A DNA stretch of 41,866 bases from Octopus bimaculoides (lineage: Eukaryota): positions 76,837,359 to 76,879,224 of the forward strand of contig NC_068983.1 of the NCBI RefSeq assembly GCF_001194135.2. Direction: 5' to 3'. The notes beneath the pieces are model-generated. The model worked only from the letters and a program-made list of their open reading frames with translations, did no database searches and was not told the origin of the DNA. The position numbers were made by a program, and so were the translations under genes. Position 1 is the stretch's first letter. Each line of letters begins with the position of its first letter. Below are positions 37,598-41,866 of the stretch, piece after piece.

Positions 37598-40500
37598 ATG
37601 TTTCACATGTACACCGTCAAAATTAAAGGGTGACTCATGACACGAATCTCCTGGCACTTGATCCACATTGTGCCAACTGCCGATTAAAGACATAAATATT
37701 TCTCTCTGTACGTAACTCTTCTCTCCGTATGTATACATACACACATACACACACGCACTCGCATGCATACTCACACACGCGCTCGCATGCATACTCACAC
37801 ACGCACAAATGCACGCGCACACATCCACACATATACACGCGCACACATACACATATATCAGAAGGTTAACGATTAACCGGAAATGCGTAGCGGGAATGCT
37901 AAGACATTTTTGTTCATTGAACTTCCAGCCGTCAGTTTTTCCTCAATTGAATTCCCTACTTACTTAAGTGTTGTATTTGCATTCAATGGCTTGTGTTATC
38001 TCAGTGCCATCACCTTTCATCCCGAACGGAGTCGTCGTAAATAGTGATTTGGTGTAAAGCAAAGAATTACATGCAACACTGATTTATAATTGGTTTCTTC
38101 CAACTTTGACTCAAATTGTTTAAAGTATAGGTCAGTACACACTTAGAAAATATGTATCGATATATTTATAAGATATATGCATGTCCAAAATGCTGACGAA
38201 TTTTCATTTGCATTCAAAACCGGATGTTCGTATCGCAGTGTGACAATTTGAGTAATCGCCTTATATCTTATTATTGGGAAGCCCGAAATGTGAGAGGGAA
38301 AGTAAAATTGGTTGAGGCAGAGTACGGTAGCAAAGGGTGATCCGTACTCTGAATTCAAAGTGCTGATTTTTCAAATACAAATGAATAATGATGTAGAATA
38401 TTGTGCGATATACAGTGTAATTAAGTTCATCAAATAACTATATTCGAATATTTAGTTGAAGACGTATCACTTCAAACGTGAATTTTTATTGATTATCTGA
38501 AATTCATAAGATAAGAATAAATAACTATACATGTTGCAATCATAGTTGAAACGGATGAATTGATCGAAACATTTAGACGGTCGTGTTTTTCGAATAAAAC
38601 ACGTGTAAATACAAACCGTCAAGTACTTAGAAACGGGCAGCATATGCCTTTCTTCACTGATATACACTTCAAAACCTCAAGATGAAAACAACATACCTTG
38701 CAGCACGGAAATGGGTCAAGTATTGTCTCTGAAAATCTAATTGGAATACAAAAGAATTGCCTATTGTACTTACATAATATTAATCTAGCTAATGCATAAT
38801 ACCGTAGCTTTGAAAAGCATTAAGAAATAATTCAGAAATAAATATATTGTGTAAACCGTAGTCTATAGTGAAACCTTTCAAATTATCAGCCAAGAATAAA
38901 GGTTTAATTTTTCTCGTGTAGACAGTAACTCTTAAAAAGCCCGCCTCTTACATAAATATATAGGGATAAACAATCTTCTATGTACTATGCTGAATACATG
39001 AAGCGTTCGTCTCGTATGTTGATTTTTTTGGTTATTTTTATGTGTATTGACCATACTGTACTAATGAGTGAAAGGTGCATATTACTGCAATAATTACGAA
39101 ATCATGATCGACAGTTTAGTCTGATTTTAGGTGGCTAGCTTGAGAGTTGCATTTCTTCGCGTTCCATAAAAATGTGTTTATTATGGTAGTTTGACCTTAG
39201 AGCCCCTCTTAGCGTGAGGCATTCATGTATAGTAATGCCCTTATATAATTAAATATATTTTAGGGAATAAATGATGGATTTTTCCCTTATGAGGTTTTTT
39301 TCACCCTAGCCACTTGCTAAATTCTTATAAAAGACTTTAACCTATTATNNNNNNNNNNNNNNNNNNNNNNNNNNNNNNNNNNNNNNNNNNNNNNNNNNNN
39401 NNNNNNNNNNNNNNNNNNNNNNNNNNNNNNNNNNNNNNNNNNNNNNNNNNNNNNNNNNNNNNTGAGAGAGAGTAGTTGCATTATGATTGACGAATGCTAT
39501 TAAGAAATTATTAATTCCTATTAATTCTCTAGTTTTGGGGACCTAGATTTTCTCGAAATTCTTGAAGTTGCTGCTTTATAACTCTGAATGGAGCGATAAA
39601 TAATTAAAAGCATCACAGCTAAAATTTTCTTATTTTCCATTTAGAAACAAATTTAACGATTTTCTTTTGGGTAGATGAATTACTTAGATGTTCTCTTATC
39701 AGTAAGGTGTTTATAACGTTATCTAGCTAATGAATAACTTTTCTATACAAGAGTATCAGAGATAATATGTTATATTCTATATTCTTTTAGTATCACAGAC
39801 ATAAATGCCTAAAATAGGCTAGGTTAGATCCTCCATATCTTTTTATTTGATCTTGTAGTGCATAACTTATTGGTTTTTCAAATCTCAAATTTTAATTCAA
39901 TATCCGTCAACATAATACTTCAGTTTATTTTCTAATGCTGTTATGTAAAGCAAAGGCACGTGTTAAAACAATATCGCCTTGAGAAAATTGCATGCATGAA
40001 GGTACACTGAATTAGTAAATTTTAATTACAGTATGTTAACACCTCTTCATCGGACAACGGAAAACTGTAGCAATGCATTGAAAAGTACTATCATCGAAGC
40101 AGTTAAACATATTTCGCTACCTTTCTACTTGGGGTGCTACTCTCACAAGAGCATTTTATGACACACCAGTGTCTTGCTATCCCAACACAGGTAATATAAT
40201 CTTTTACATTCTCATTCATAGTACATTTGGGATATTTTCAGAAATAGTGAGCCCGGTGGATGCAGAACAGCTTTTTGTCTTGTATCGATAAATTCATATA
40301 AACACGGTATGCTTATGTATATTTATTTTGGTATTTTGATGCAACGATACTATTATACCATTTTAAAAATTCTACTCTATATAGGAACATTGGTGTTATG
40401 GGAACTTATTATATTGATATTGATTTTATTGTGTCACTTCTATTACAGATCATTATTGAATGTTTTTCATCATATATTGTTAAAAGTTATTGTTATTTTA

Positions 40501-41818
40501 AATTATGAATTTCCACACTATTATAGTATAAGCTTAATATACTATATTTTCAGTTGTTTATTGAGTAGGCCTAATGCTGAGAAGACAAAGCTACAAAAAT
40601 GCTTAGATGTGAAAGTTGGCAAGCAATAAATTCAGTTGAAATTGAGTGAATATAGTTATGCTATAGTCTTACTTGTAGAAAATAATTTAGATGAGCCAGT
40701 ATTACGTATATGTCAGGTGTATTGAGCTAATTCATTTGAACCTGCTTGACCTGGTAGAAAGATTTTGATATTCCCGTAACTGTATGGCTCGATATATATG
40801 CTACCGTTCGAATATTTGTTACAGGGTAAAGCATTCTCGTGTAATAAATGTTATTGTTAATATTGTACAAATAAAAATTTGAGCTTATGAACAGAAGAGT
40901 AATAGCCACAGACAAAGAGAGTGTGTATGTAGTGCAATCATTCGGATATATATAAAACAAACAAATAAGAGGTTATCATTTCATAGCAGGTACATATTCA
41001 TAAATCGTGGGAGGTATATATACGATGTCGACCCCAGTATTTGAACGTATGCTGTTTTATCGAAAGTATTACGATTAAACGCAAATGCGACTGAGAACAT
41101 AGAATGTAAAGCGACTTAACTGCGTTGTGTCTTACTTAAACCTTTGTCAAATATAGCCAATGTAACGAAGACACTGTTCATAAAATGAACACAAAAAGCA
41201 CCTTATTGCATTTTCTATTATTTTGAACTTCATAAAATGCGTTATGTATACGTCGGACAATATTGATGTGCATATTCATTTATAAATTTTCCTTATAAAA
41301 ATTAACTCATTTCTTTTATTAAAAAAATACTTTCTTTCAAAAAACTGAACGTAAAAAAATATAGAAAATGTAGAAATAATAAATAAATGATCAATACATA
41401 TTGCTGTTATCACAAATGAACTTGTAATGAGTATAAACAAAAAAAAAAAGCAAGATAAAAAATAAATTGTACTATTCTAATTCCAATTAAATATTCTCAC
41501 AAAATTGGTACAAACAAATTTGATAAAACCAATTAGAAAACTGACAAAGTATAATTAAAACTTTCCAAGAATAGGCAGCAATTATATTTCACACATATGT
41601 ATTCATATTATGCCAAATGAACATATACTAATTATCTTTGACTATCTGTGGTACAAACCAGGAATATTAATCATTCAAATTGAAATTTTCTTTCAACAGT
41701 CAAGCAGTAATTTCTTTGTGGTTTCCTTAATATATGCACATAATATTTATATATGTAGGTGGATATACATATACAAACACACACGCATGCATACATACAC
41801 ACATATATATGTATATAT

Positions 41819-41866
<48 letters not shown>

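Noticed and set aside
2368-37852. Long ORFs in the track filled with X
   Set aside because: Artefacts of translating across N gaps
40309-40629. 106-aa hydrophobic ORF as a membrane protein
   Set aside because: Low-complexity AT-rich (att/tat) sequence with no family resemblance
17316-41862. ORFs made of HTHT, CVCV, YIYI or LSIY runs
   Set aside because: Translations of (CA)n, (TA)n and (TCTA)n microsatellites

Overview
AT-rich (~35% GC by eye) eukaryotic genomic window from a gapped draft assembly with 11 N-runs, most flanked by (TA)n. The SINE families, microsatellite density and TE mix match what I recall for Octopus (inference, not database-checked). No intact protein-coding ORF is recognisable. 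Most ORF-track entries are microsatellite or N-run artefacts, and the rest are decayed TE fragments. Supported content: three tRNA-derived SINE families, five Tc1/mariner relics, two Penelope-like retroelement fragments, one 5'-truncated CR1/L2-group LINE, a MITE-like palindrome and many SSRs. Several short splice-site-bounded open segments may be exons of an unidentified host gene, at low confidence. The most unusual structures are: (1) an 8-copy ~33-bp array at 12367-12646 whose core overlaps STAT, ETS and kB-like motifs; (2) a mariner derivative with ~105-bp inverted ends that both look like 5' ends; (3) a perfect 38-bp palindrome at the start of a Penelope fragment; (4) a duplication-plus-inversion at 30920-31636; (5) decayed hammerhead-ribozyme-like motifs. 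I do not see convincing evidence of a wholly new biological system.
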